A DNA stretch of 64,000 bases from Ruminococcus sp. (GTDB lineage Bacteria > Bacillota > Clostridia > Oscillospirales > Ruminococcaceae), in contig JAUNOG010000007.1 of NCBI GenBank assembly GCA_030531185.1, positions 508 to 64,507 of the forward strand. Direction: 5' to 3'. This document shows positions 40,041 to 49,049 of this stretch, in pieces. Position numbers and translations under genes: made by a program. Every line of letters begins with the position of its first letter. The first letter of the stretch is position 1. The notes under the pieces are model-generated. The model was given only the letters and a program-made list of their open reading frames with translations. It did not search any database and was not told the origin of the DNA.

Positions 40041-40133
40041 GTTAGAGGTAAGAGATTAGAAGTAAGAGGTTGGAAAGAAGCCGCTCAGCGTATTAAAATT
40101 CTAACCTCTTACCTCTAACTTCTTACTTCTAAT
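40041..40133. repeat. Inverted pair of 5-unit heptamer arrays
   Basis: 40041-40075 GTTAGAG GTAAGAG ATTAGAA GTAAGAG GTTGGAA; 23-nt spacer; 40099-40133 TTCTAAC CTCTTAC CTCTAAC TTCTTAC TTCTAAT. Confidence 0.9.
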
Positions 40134-40223
40134 TTGTACACTTTTCGGCAAATCGCTTGATTTTTCGTAATAAATATGCTATACTGTATGTAAAATTATA
40201 CAAAACAAGAAAAGGGTGATTTT

Positions 40224-41807
40224 ATGAAAATGACTTTTATCGGCGCGGCTCACGAGGTTACGGGAAGCTGTACATATATCGAGGCTTGCGGCAAGCGTTT
40301 TCTGGTGGATTTCGGTATGGAACAGGGTACGGATTATTATGAAAACGCTAAAGTCCCCTGCCCGCCGTCGGGTGTGGATTTTGTTCTGCTCACTCACGCG
40401 CATATCGACCACGCAGGACTTCTGCCTCTTTTGTATGCGGGGGGCTTTTCCGGCGAGATACACGCAACGGAAGCTACCTGCAATCTGTGCTCCATAATGC
40501 TGAGGGACTCCGCGCATATACAGGAATTCGAGGCGGAATGGAAAAGCCGCAAGGGCAGACGAAAGGGTATGGAGGACACCGAACCGCTTTACACCGTCGC
40601 CGACGCAGAGGGTGCAATCTCAAGGCTCGTTCCGCATTCATACGATGAGGAATGCGAGATATGCGAGGGTATAAAGGTACGTTTTACCGACGCGGGACAT
40701 CTGCTGGGTTCGGCAAGCATTGAAATTTGGCTTACCGAAAATGACATTACAAAAAAGCTTGTTTTCTCGGGGGATATAGGCAATCTCGATCAGCCCCTGA
40801 TAAGAGATCCGCAGTATATTGACAGCGCAGACTATGTCGTTATGGAGTCTACCTACGGCAGCCGAAGACATCAGCAGGTCGGAAATTACGTTTCACATCT
40901 TGCAAAGCTTATCCAGACTGCATTCGACAGAGGCGGAAGCGTTATCATACCCTCCTTTGCGGTAGGCAGAACTCAGGAGCTGTTATATTTTATCAGACAG
41001 ATCAAAGCGGAAAATATGGTGAAAAACCACGGGGATTTTCCCGTTTATGTGGACTCTCCCCTCGCTATCGAGGCTACAAGGATATTTATAGAAAACAAAA
41101 ACTCCTGCTTTGACGAGGAGGCTATGGAGTTCGTTTCAAAGGGTATAAATCCCATTGCATTTTCCAATCTTAATATTGCGGTGACAAGCGACGAGTCCAA
41201 GGCTATAAATTTTGACAACCGTTCCAAAATAATAATATCCGCCAGCGGAATGTGCGAGGCGGGACGTATCAAGCACCACTTAAAGCACAATCTTTGGAAA
41301 CCCGAAAACATCATACTTTTCGTGGGCTATCAGGCTATGAACACGCTCGGCAGAAGTCTTGTGGAGGGCGCAAAAACAGTCAAGCTTTTCGGCGAGGAAA
41401 TAACTGTTGCGGCGCAGATAACGGTACTCCCGGGTATAAGCGGTCACGCAGATATAGACGGGCTGGACAAGTGGATAACGCATATTCAAGCTCCCTCGAA
41501 GGTGTTTGTAAATCACGGCGAGGCGGAAACAACGGAATACTACAAGGAACACCTGCGGTCAATGGGCTTTAACGCTTACGCTCCCTACAGCGGAGGCTGC
41601 TGCGACCTTGTCACAGGGGAATTTGTAAATTCCGAGCCTGTAAAGATAATCAGAAAGCAGACGGGAACTTCCACAAGCTATCAGCGGCTGTGCGCGTCTC
41701 TTGACAGGCTGTCCGCTCTGGTAAAGGCAAGCAAGGGACTTACCAACAAGGAGCTTGCAAAAATGACGGATACTATAAATAATTTATGCAGCAAGTGGGA
41801 AGATTAA
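40224..41807 (+). CDS. MBL-fold beta-CASP ribonuclease
   Basis: EVTGS, THAHIDH, AGHLLGS, ESTYG, SGMCEAGR, SGHAD, NHGE. Confidence 0.93.
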   Translation: MKMTFIGAAHEVTGSCTYIEACGKRFLVDFGMEQGTDYYENAKVPCPPSGVDFVLLTHAHIDHAGLLPLLYAGGFSGEIHATEATCNLCSIMLRDSAHIQEFEAEWKSRKGRRKGMEDTEPLYTVADAEGAISRLVPHSYDEECEICEGIKVRFTDAGHLLGSASIEIWLTENDITKKLVFSGDIGNLDQPLIRDPQYIDSADYVVMESTYGSRRHQQVGNYVSHLAKLIQTAFDRGGSVIIPSFAVGRTQELLYFIRQIKAENMVKNHGDFPVYVDSPLAIEATRIFIENKNSCFDEEAMEFVSKGINPIAFSNLNIAVTSDESKAINFDNRSKIIISASGMCEAGRIKHHLKHNLWKPENIILFVGYQAMNTLGRSLVEGAKTVKLFGEEITVAAQITVLPGISGHADIDGLDKWITHIQAPSKVFVNHGEAETTEYYKEHLRSMGFNAYAPYSGGCCDLVTGEFVNSEPVKIIRKQTGTSTSYQRLCASLDRLSALVKASKGLTNKELAKMTDTINNLCSKWED

Positions 41808-41880
41808 ATATCCGCAGAAACAATAAACCTCTTTCGGACATATAATAAAAGAATAAAACAAATCGGAAAGGTAATCGGTC

Positions 41881-42825
41881 ATGAACAAAACACACGTTAA
41901 CGCAATAAACAGAAAGCTCTGCGACGAGCTGTTGTTCGCAGAGGAATGCGACGAAAAATATACTCAGCGGCTCAGACGGGCGGCGGAGAGGATCGCAGAC
42001 GAGCACAGACAAAAGCCTATCATTCTCCTTGCGGGACCGTCGGGTTCGGGAAAGACTACTTCCGCTCTGAAAATCGATGAAATGCTGGAGAATATGGGAA
42101 TTAAAACTCATACGATATCAATGGACGACTACTTTCTGCCTGCGGGACAGTTTGAGGCGGCGATCGGCGAAGACGGCAAGCCTGATTTTGAAAGTCCTCA
42201 GCGTATGGATATCAAAAAGCTTAACGAGCATATGGAGCTTATCTCGCAGTGCAGGGAGGTCACTGTGCCGCGCTTTCAGTTTTCTACCCAGTCCTCCTCC
42301 GACGGCTATGTACTTCAAAGAGGAGAGGACGATATCATCGTATTTGAGGGTATACACGCGCTTAATCCTCTGGTCACGGGAACGGCGGGAGATTTTGCCC
42401 GCTGTATGTATGTAAGCGTAAGAACGCGTATCGAGCTTGCGGACGGCACGTTGGTACACCCGTCGCTGATAAGGCTTATGAGACGGCTTATCAGAGACGA
42501 AAGCTACAGAGGACGCAAGCCTGCGGACACTCTCGATATGTTCGCAAGCGTGGAGCGGGGCGAAAACAAGTATATTATGCCCTACAAGCACCGAGCGGAG
42601 CAGGAGCCTGAATTTTCCATTGATACCTTTATCCCGTACGAGGCGGCGGTGTACAAAAATTTCCTTTTGGAGAAGCTCGAAAGGGAAAACGAGACTTACA
42701 GCGATTTCGTACAGTTTGAGCCAATGCTGAAGCTGCTGAGGGAGATCAAGGCAATGAGCATTAACGCTGTCCCCGGCAACTCTCTGGTGAGAGAATTTAT
42801 CGGCGGCAGCAGTTACGAATACTGA
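41881..42825 (+). CDS. Uridine/nucleoside kinase family protein
   Basis: AGPSGSGKTT, SMDDY, EGIHALNP, RLMRRLIRD. Confidence 0.85.
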   Translation: MNKTHVNAINRKLCDELLFAEECDEKYTQRLRRAAERIADEHRQKPIILLAGPSGSGKTTSALKIDEMLENMGIKTHTISMDDYFLPAGQFEAAIGEDGKPDFESPQRMDIKKLNEHMELISQCREVTVPRFQFSTQSSSDGYVLQRGEDDIIVFEGIHALNPLVTGTAGDFARCMYVSVRTRIELADGTLVHPSLIRLMRRLIRDESYRGRKPADTLDMFASVERGENKYIMPYKHRAEQEPEFSIDTFIPYEAAVYKNFLLEKLERENETYSDFVQFEPMLKLLREIKAMSINAVPGNSLVREFIGGSSYEY

Positions 42826-42833
42826 TACAAACG

Positions 42834-42870
42834 GCACAGAGACAGCAAACCGTCTCTGTGCTTTTGTTTT
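42834..42870 (+). terminator. Intrinsic terminator
   Basis: GCACAGAGAC / GTCTCTGTGC followed by TTTTGTTTT. Confidence 0.85.
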
Positions 42871-42985
42871 CAGAAAAATTCATATATGGGTGATGAATTG
42901 TTCTAACTTAGATGTTAATATGTTATATGCTATCGGCTACGCGGTATGCATATGAATTTATTATCTGTCAAAGGACTGATGACCT

Positions 42986-44341
42986 ATCAAGGATCTAACG
43001 AAAGGAAATATGTTCCGTCTTATTATCGGATTTGCAACGCCCCTGCTGCTGGGCAATCTTTTTCAGCTTTTTTATAATCTCGCCGACACACGGATTGCGG
43101 GACAGTTTCTGGGCGAAAACGCCATTGCCGCCGTGGGTGCTACCTCTGCGCTTAATACGGTCATAATCGGCTTTCTGAACGGACTTACCAACGGATTTGC
43201 GCTGGTAACGGCAAGATACTTCGGCGCGAAGGATTATGACAAAATGCGCAAAACTGTGGGACACTGCCTTACTCTGGGGATATGCACTGCGGCAGTACTC
43301 ACAGCCGCAAGCCTGATTTTCTTAGAGCCTCTGCTGAAAGCGCTTAATACTCCCGAAAATATCTTTCCGCAGGCTAAGGCTTATATAGGCGTTATTCTTG
43401 CGGGAATGATAATCACAATGCTGTATAACGTCTGCGCCGCCTGCCTCAGAGCTATCGGGGACACCGTTTCGCCGCTTATTTTCCTTATAATCGCAACCGT
43501 CATTAATGTCGGACTGGATATTCTGTTTATCCCGGGACTGAAAATGAACGTGGAGGGCGCGGCTTACGCAACGCTTATCGCGCAGGCGGTATCGGTAGTC
43601 CTGTGCGTGATCTATATTTTTCGCAGACACCCTGTGCTTATTCCCCAAAAGGCTGATCTTATTCCCGAGAAAAAGCTGGCGGCGGATATGTACGCATCGG
43701 GAACTTCTATGGGACTTATGATATCCCTTGTGGGCATAGGCACGCTGATAATACAGGGAGCTATCAACATTTTCGGCGAAAAGACCATTGTTGCGCACAC
43801 TGCCGCAAGGAAGATATCCGAGATGTATATGCTGCCTATTTCCGTACTGGGGGCGGCGTCGGCAACTGTTTCGGGACAGAATTACGGCGCGGGAAAAATA
43901 GACAGGGTCAAGGAATGCGTACTGAAAGACACGCTAATAACGTGGATATGGTCGGCGATAGTCGTGTCGTTGACGTGGCTTTTCACTCCTCAGCTTACCA
44001 ACCTTGTCACAAGTCTTACGGACCCGAAGATCATAGAGACCGTAACGCGCTATATGAAATTCAATACCGCCTGCTATTTTATTCTGGGTATTGTAATTGT
44101 ATTCAGAAATGCGCTGCAGGGTATCGGAGCGAAGATATCCCCCATACTGTCAAGTCTGCTGGAACTGGCGGGCAAGTTTGCAGTGGCATGGTATCTTGCT
44201 CCGAAAATGGGATATGACGGAATAATCGTTTCCGAGCCTTTGGTATGGACGGGAATGGCTGTTATTCTGGGTATTGCATTCCTAACGAACAAAACGATGC
44301 GCAGCGGAAAAATAGCTCAGGATAAAATTGGAATGCAATGA
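42986..44341 (+). CDS. MATE efflux transporter (probable ATC start at 42986; first in-frame ATG at 43010)
   Basis: KDLTKG N-terminal motif, GNLFQLFYNLADT, LRAIGD, GQNYGA, about 12 TMs. Confidence 0.92.
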   Translation: MKDLTKGNMFRLIIGFATPLLLGNLFQLFYNLADTRIAGQFLGENAIAAVGATSALNTVIIGFLNGLTNGFALVTARYFGAKDYDKMRKTVGHCLTLGICTAAVLTAASLIFLEPLLKALNTPENIFPQAKAYIGVILAGMIITMLYNVCAACLRAIGDTVSPLIFLIIATVINVGLDILFIPGLKMNVEGAAYATLIAQAVSVVLCVIYIFRRHPVLIPQKADLIPEKKLAADMYASGTSMGLMISLVGIGTLIIQGAINIFGEKTIVAHTAARKISEMYMLPISVLGAASATVSGQNYGAGKIDRVKECVLKDTLITWIWSAIVVSLTWLFTPQLTNLVTSLTDPKIIETVTRYMKFNTACYFILGIVIVFRNALQGIGAKISPILSSLLELAGKFAVAWYLAPKMGYDGIIVSEPLVWTGMAVILGIAFLTNKTMRSGKIAQDKIGMQ

Positions 44342-44391
44342 AACGGTCAATGCATTAATCACTGTTAAATTACATATAATAATACAACAAA

Positions 44392-44438
44392 AACTCCCTT
44401 TCCGGAAAATTATACGCTGTATTTCCGAAAAGGGAGTT
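44392..44438. terminator. Bidirectional terminator
   Basis: AACTCCCTTTCCGGAAA / TTTCCGAAAAGGGAGTT. Confidence 0.8.
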
Positions 44439-44441
44439 CTT

Positions 44442-44930
44442 TTATTTATTGTTGATAGCGTCGACAATTCTGTCGGTCTGCTGTCGGTTGTTTGTGTCGT
44501 CCAGTCTGTGGGAAACAAGCTGATTGATCTGATATTCGGCTTGTTCCGCCTTGGATTTCTCAAATATGAGGAATGAAATTACGAACTCGTTGCCCGAGGT
44601 CGTGTTTACGGTAAGAACAGTCTGGAATGAGTTTATAGACATTGAAACGCCCAGAAGCAAAACTATCAAGCCGCCGAGAACCGTATCTCCCATTAAGGCA
44701 AGTCCCAGAAACGCCGCTATTACTCCGACAATAAAGTTTTTCAGCAAAAGGCTGAAGCTTGTCCCCACCGAAGATATCTGATTGATAGGAACGGTATGCT
44801 TTTCCGTGCCGAGGGGTATAAAAGACAAGATCGTGTTGGGTGCTTTGAGCTTTATAAAATTCTGTTCGTGCCTGATCTCCCCTTTTAAATAAAAGGTCAA
44901 GAGCGAGGTCATAAATGTGATTGTTTCCAT
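44442..44930 (-). CDS. Hypothetical 2-TM membrane protein
   Basis: AGGAG RBS; central hydrophobic hairpin. Confidence 0.8.
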   Translation of the reverse strand: METITFMTSLLTFYLKGEIRHEQNFIKLKAPNTILSFIPLGTEKHTVPINQISSVGTSFSLLLKNFIVGVIAAFLGLALMGDTVLGGLIVLLLGVSMSINSFQTVLTVNTTSGNEFVISFLIFEKSKAEQAEYQINQLVSHRLDDTNNRQQTDRIVDAINNK

Positions 44931-45197
44931 ATTCGTATTCTCCTTTAGCATTCTAAGATTGATTTGATTTTTGATCGCATACTCCGCTGTTTTTATCCCG
45001 ATCTCATATTTTTAACCTCCGTTTTCATATTTTTTCTGAAATACTCCCTTTGTCGGTGTAAACCCGAACCCCCAACAGTATTATAGCACACATTATTTAA
45101 AATTGCAAGTATTTTTTAATTGCAATTTTGCTTGTATTATTTGCAGGCTGTTTCAGTTAAAATATAATCATAATAATATGAGCGGAGTGAATACAGA

Positions 45198-45368
45198 ATG
45201 TTTGAAATAAAAAAGCCTACTGCCTCAAATAAAACCATACGAATGCCCGATGATCTCATTGAAAAGCTGGAAAGACTTGCGGCGCAGAACGATATTTCCT
45301 TCAATCAGCTTGTAATACAATGCTGTGAATACGCGCTTGAAAATCTTAAAACTTCCGATAATAAATAA
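45198..45368 (+). CDS. Ribbon-helix-helix (CopG/Arc-like) DNA-binding protein, 56 aa (absent from the ORF track)
   Basis: MFEIKKPTASNKTIRMPDDLIEKLERLAAQNDISFNQLVIQCCEYALENL...; GGAG RBS; TIR strand plus two helices. Confidence 0.82.
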   Translation: MFEIKKPTASNKTIRMPDDLIEKLERLAAQNDISFNQLVIQCCEYALENLKTSDNK

Positions 45369-45377
45369 GGAGCGGTT

Positions 45378-45887
45378 ATGAAACGTCTTGACAAAGAATT
45401 TTTCCATAGGGACTGCCTTGAGGTCGCTCCCGACCTTGTGGGCAAAATCGTTGTTTCCGAAATAGGCGGAGAACAAGTCCGTGTAAGAATAACCGAAACC
45501 GAGGCTTACCGAGGTGAGGAGGACACTGCCTGCCACGCTCATAAAGGACGCACCAAGCGCACCGAGGTCCTTTACGGCGAAAGCGGAACGGTTTACGTTT
45601 ACCTTTGCTACGGAATGCACTGGCTTATGAATGTTGTAACAGGCGAAAAGGAACAGCCACAGGCGGTGCTTTTCAGAGCGGGAGAGGATTACGAGGGTCC
45701 TGCAAGGCTTACCAAACGTCTGGGAGTTACGGGAGAACAGAACAAAACCTCTTTTGTGACAAGCAAGGTCCTGTGGATAGAGGACGACGGAAAGCGGTAT
45801 GAATATACTGCTGCAAAGCGCGTGGGTATAAACTATGCCGCCAAGGAGGATATCGACAAGCCGTGGCGGTTTATCCTTAAAAGATAA
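45378..45887 (+). CDS. mpg: 3-methyladenine DNA glycosylase (AAG/MPG family)
   Basis: ITETEAY, YVYLCYGMH, GPARLT, RVGI, PWRF. Confidence 0.93.
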   Translation: MKRLDKEFFHRDCLEVAPDLVGKIVVSEIGGEQVRVRITETEAYRGEEDTACHAHKGRTKRTEVLYGESGTVYVYLCYGMHWLMNVVTGEKEQPQAVLFRAGEDYEGPARLTKRLGVTGEQNKTSFVTSKVLWIEDDGKRYEYTAAKRVGINYAAKEDIDKPWRFILKR

Positions 45888-45956
45888 AAATTCCACTTTA
45901 ATTCTCTCAATTTTTGCGGTCTTGACAAATACTCAAATGACCGGATATAATATAGA

Positions 45957-46135
45957 CAATAAAAGGGTACTGAAATAAACGGTTATCTAACTTGTTTGAT
46001 GTTGGTTACTTTTTCTTGTGAAAGCTCTCGCAGCACAGAGCAGCAACACTGATTATCACAGTTATTGTGATTTGTTAAATGTTACTTAAAGCGCCGCGCA
46101 ATGACCGTCTAACGGTTTTGCGCGGCGCTGTATTT
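45957..46135 (+). ncRNA. Candidate sRNA, antisense to a decayed small toxin-like ORF
   Basis: Promoter TTGACA-18-TATAAT (45922-45951), no RBS-led ORF, ends at a GC hairpin 46090-46129. Confidence 0.5.
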
Positions 46136-46136
46136 A

Positions 46137-46706
46137 TTATGCAATGCGGACTATCCTGCTTTTACTGCACAGCGGATATTCGCCGACAAAGTTTTCAATG
46201 CTCGACTTCATTTCGTCGTATGACGTTCCGTAAAAGTACAGGGCGGTCTCTGTGGGACCCTGCCAGTAGCTGTAAAATCTTCCTATACCGTCCATACATT
46301 TTTCCATTTGCTCGATCACATAATTAATATCGCAGTTTTTGTAAACATCATCGGGAAGCTCTGTGCCGTTTGCGTAAAAAGCAAGTCCCTCCAGCTTACC
46401 CACAGGACGTACCGTGTCTCCGCACATCAGTCGGGACTTTTTCGGAACGCCCAGAACGTCAACGATCTCCGACAGCTTATCCATAGCCTTGTTGATATCG
46501 TTGTCAAAGCTGTTCTTGTTAATGCAAAGCTCTATATCGCAGTTTTCAATTTCTCCGCTTTTGGATACAAGAGTTCCGCCGCCGTCTGTCTCTCCGATTT
46601 TCAGCTTTTTCAGGATTTTATCAAGTGCGTCGTCAAGAGGCTCTCTGTCAAGAGGCAGAAGCCTTGCGTTTAAATTCAGTGTAATGTAAAATATTTTCTT
46701 AGCCAT
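46137..46706 (-). CDS. Hypothetical protein
   Basis: 189 aa, AGGAG RBS, coupled to the upstream gene. Confidence 0.8.
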   Translation of the reverse strand: MAKKIFYITLNLNARLLPLDREPLDDALDKILKKLKIGETDGGGTLVSKSGEIENCDIELCINKNSFDNDINKAMDKLSEIVDVLGVPKKSRLMCGDTVRPVGKLEGLAFYANGTELPDDVYKNCDINYVIEQMEKCMDGIGRFYSYWQGPTETALYFYGTSYDEMKSSIENFVGEYPLCSKSRIVRIA

Positions 46707-46718
46707 AAATATTACTCC

Positions 46719-47453
46719 TCAGAATTGATTTTTTATTTTTTCAAGATACGCCATACCCTTTTTTGCCTGCGAATATTCGTCGCAGTGCTTTATTCTGTAT
46801 CTTCTGCCGTCCTTTACAAAATTGGAACCCGTCTGATGAAAATCAAACGCAACATCGTATTTATCGCAGGTCTCTTTTATATGACGTACCCACGCAAAAT
46901 TGCATTCACGTGCGTTTTCATAGGATTCTCCGCCGACGGAAACAAGGTCTATCTTACCGCTTGCAAGAAAAGGACTCAGCTCCACGTCCTCTAATATCGG
47001 GGAGACAAAAATATTTCTGCGTCTTGCTTTGATACCGAGAAATATGGGCAGACGTTTATTTGCCATATTCTGATTTTCACAGGTGACTGCAATAATAACA
47101 TTGTCGTAGCCCTCTCCCCAGTCGTCGGGAATACACGCCTTAAACCGCTCTATGCGTTTGGTGCAGATGAGAAAGTCAACATCCCTGCGCTTTCTGATAA
47201 TGTCCCAGACATCGTTTCGCCATTGGTCGGCTTCCTCAATGAAAAAGTCCGACGTAAAACAGGTAGAGACTTGACTGCCCGACGGTATTTTAAAATTGCC
47301 CTGTCTGTCCTTTTTCAGCGGAAGATCAAAGTATGTTTTGGACTTGGTGACAATGCTTGCGTCTTTGTCACGCAGACCGTCCAGATAATATACATAGCAG
47401 TTCAGACAGCCGGGACTGCATTTGTGGCAGCCGTGCCAAGGGTTCCACTGCAA
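46719..47453 (-). CDS. DUF5131 (phage Gp37/Gp68-like) radical-SAM-like protein
   Basis: WNPWHGCHKCSPGCLNCY, SDFF, TKR, GGES, HQTG; TTG start after GAGG. Confidence 0.85.
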   Translation of the reverse strand: MQWNPWHGCHKCSPGCLNCYVYYLDGLRDKDASIVTKSKTYFDLPLKKDRQGNFKIPSGSQVSTCFTSDFFIEEADQWRNDVWDIIRKRRDVDFLICTKRIERFKACIPDDWGEGYDNVIIAVTCENQNMANKRLPIFLGIKARRRNIFVSPILEDVELSPFLASGKIDLVSVGGESYENARECNFAWVRHIKETCDKYDVAFDFHQTGSNFVKDGRRYRIKHCDEYSQAKKGMAYLEKIKNQF

Positions 47454-47641
47454 ATTAAGCCACCTCTTCCATAAAAAATATCAAACAAATGTGCTTTAAT
47501 GTATTGTATCATAAATTATTCTTGCTGTCAATGAAAATTTTCCAATTCTGAGGACTTTTTATTGACAAAATAAAATACAGATGTTATAATGTTGCTAAGA
47601 AATATCCATTTAATAAGATGCAGTAAAACGGAGGAGCGGCA

Positions 47642-48718
47642 ATGACAGAATATAACGGCAGAAAGCTTATTCCCGCAGACAGCGGAAAAATCACATATAT
47701 GGGAAGAATAGATTTTGAAGATCCTGCAAGACCCGAATTTTATTGGGCAGGTTCGTTTGCGAAAATGAGATTTACAGGAAGAAATATCAGCACGGTGATA
47801 TGCAATCATAAATTTTACAATGATATGCTTCTGGGCATTATCATTGACGGCAGAGAGGATAAGATATCCATTGAGGAAAACGAAAAGGACATCGCTCTTT
47901 CTCTTGCCGAAAATCTCGATGAGGGTGAGCATGAGATAACCCTTTTCAAGAGACAGGACGCTACCCATTATTTTGAATTTGTCGGATTTCTTATAGATGA
48001 GAATGCGGAGGCTTTAGAACCCGCTCCGCTGCCGAAGAGAAAAATCGAATGCTTCGGCGACTCGGTTTCCGCAGGCGCGGTAGTGGAGGCTATGGATTAT
48101 GCGGCAAGCTGCGATCCCGAGGGACACAACGGAATTTACGATAACGCGTGGCACAGCTACTCAAATATTACCGCAAGAAATCTGGGAGCGCAGCTGCACG
48201 ATACGGCGCAGGGCGGCATTGCAATATTTGACAATACGGGTTATTACCACGCTCCCGATTGTATCGGTATGGAGTCGGCTTACGATAAGCTTTGCTATTT
48301 CCCCGAGAGCAAAAAGGGAGTTACTGCGTGGGATTTTACAAGCTATGTGCCCGATGTGGTTATTTTTGCTGTGGGACAGAACGATCCCCATAAAGAGGGC
48401 TGCGAGGATAACGACATCACAGACCCCGAGTACAGACTTAAATGGAAAAAACGCTATAAGGAAATCATTCTAGATCTGAAAAGTAAGTACCCCAATGCGA
48501 ATTTTATTCTCCTTTTGACGGTGCTTTGCCACGACCCTGTGTGGGACGAAGTGATAGAGGAGATAACCTGTGAGCTTAACGACGAAAAGATAACACATTT
48601 TATGTTTACGAGGACGGGTAAGGCTACCCCCGGGCACCCCCGTCTGTCCGAGCAGTACGAAATGGCGTCGGAGCTTACCGCCTATATTTCAAATATGGGC
48701 GATAAGATATGGGAATAA
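47642..48718 (+). CDS. SGNH esterase with N-terminal beta domain (CE2-like)
   Basis: YMGR, IECFGDSVSAG, GQND, GHP. Confidence 0.82.
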   Translation: MTEYNGRKLIPADSGKITYMGRIDFEDPARPEFYWAGSFAKMRFTGRNISTVICNHKFYNDMLLGIIIDGREDKISIEENEKDIALSLAENLDEGEHEITLFKRQDATHYFEFVGFLIDENAEALEPAPLPKRKIECFGDSVSAGAVVEAMDYAASCDPEGHNGIYDNAWHSYSNITARNLGAQLHDTAQGGIAIFDNTGYYHAPDCIGMESAYDKLCYFPESKKGVTAWDFTSYVPDVVIFAVGQNDPHKEGCEDNDITDPEYRLKWKKRYKEIILDLKSKYPNANFILLLTVLCHDPVWDEVIEEITCELNDEKITHFMFTRTGKATPGHPRLSEQYEMASELTAYISNMGDKIWE

Positions 48719-48731
48719 TGATGAACGATGC

Positions 48732-48761
48732 AAAGGGCTGTCCGAAAGGCAGTCCTTTTTT
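48732..48761 (+). terminator. Intrinsic terminator
   Basis: AAAGGGCTGTC-CGAAA-GGCAGTCCTTTTTT. Confidence 0.85.
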
Positions 48762-48834
48762 ACATATTGGCAGATATAACGGGGGAGCGTTTTGTGACAA
48801 AACGAAAAAAATTCTTAATAATCTTTACAGATCA

Positions 48835-48863
48835 TTGACATACGGCGTTATTTGTACTATAAT
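48835..48863 (+). promoter_or_regulatory. Consensus sigma-A promoter of the ABC exporter operon
   Basis: TTGACA-17-TATAAT. Confidence 0.75.
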
Positions 48864-49049
48864 ATTTTCAGATAGAAAAAGTGTAAACAAAAACAGGACA
48901 ACAGACAATATTATAATATTAACTGAAAATTACATAGGAAAACTTAACAGAGGTATTATAATGTCTGTGGCAGACCGTGCCTGCACGGTTGTTTTTGCTG
49001 CGGCATTTTTTATTGTCGGAAAACAGCTGAATAATTAAAATCGGAGGAA

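Noticed and set aside
40041-40133. Heptamer arrays as CRISPR or telomere-like repeats
   Set aside because: No unique spacers, no 23-47-nt repeats and no cas genes; the TTAG resemblance to telomeres is superficial in internal bacterial intergenic DNA
45058-45080. AACCCGAACCCCCAA resembling an IS3 terminal repeat
   Set aside because: Short match without the TG terminus, partner repeat or transposase sequence
45225-45896. 223-aa minus-strand ORF
   Set aside because: It is antisense to the clearer RHH and mpg genes
48709-49038. 109-aa ORF between the esterase and the exporter
   Set aside because: It runs through a terminator and a promoter; only the last 25 codons have a plausible RBS (reported as a uORF)
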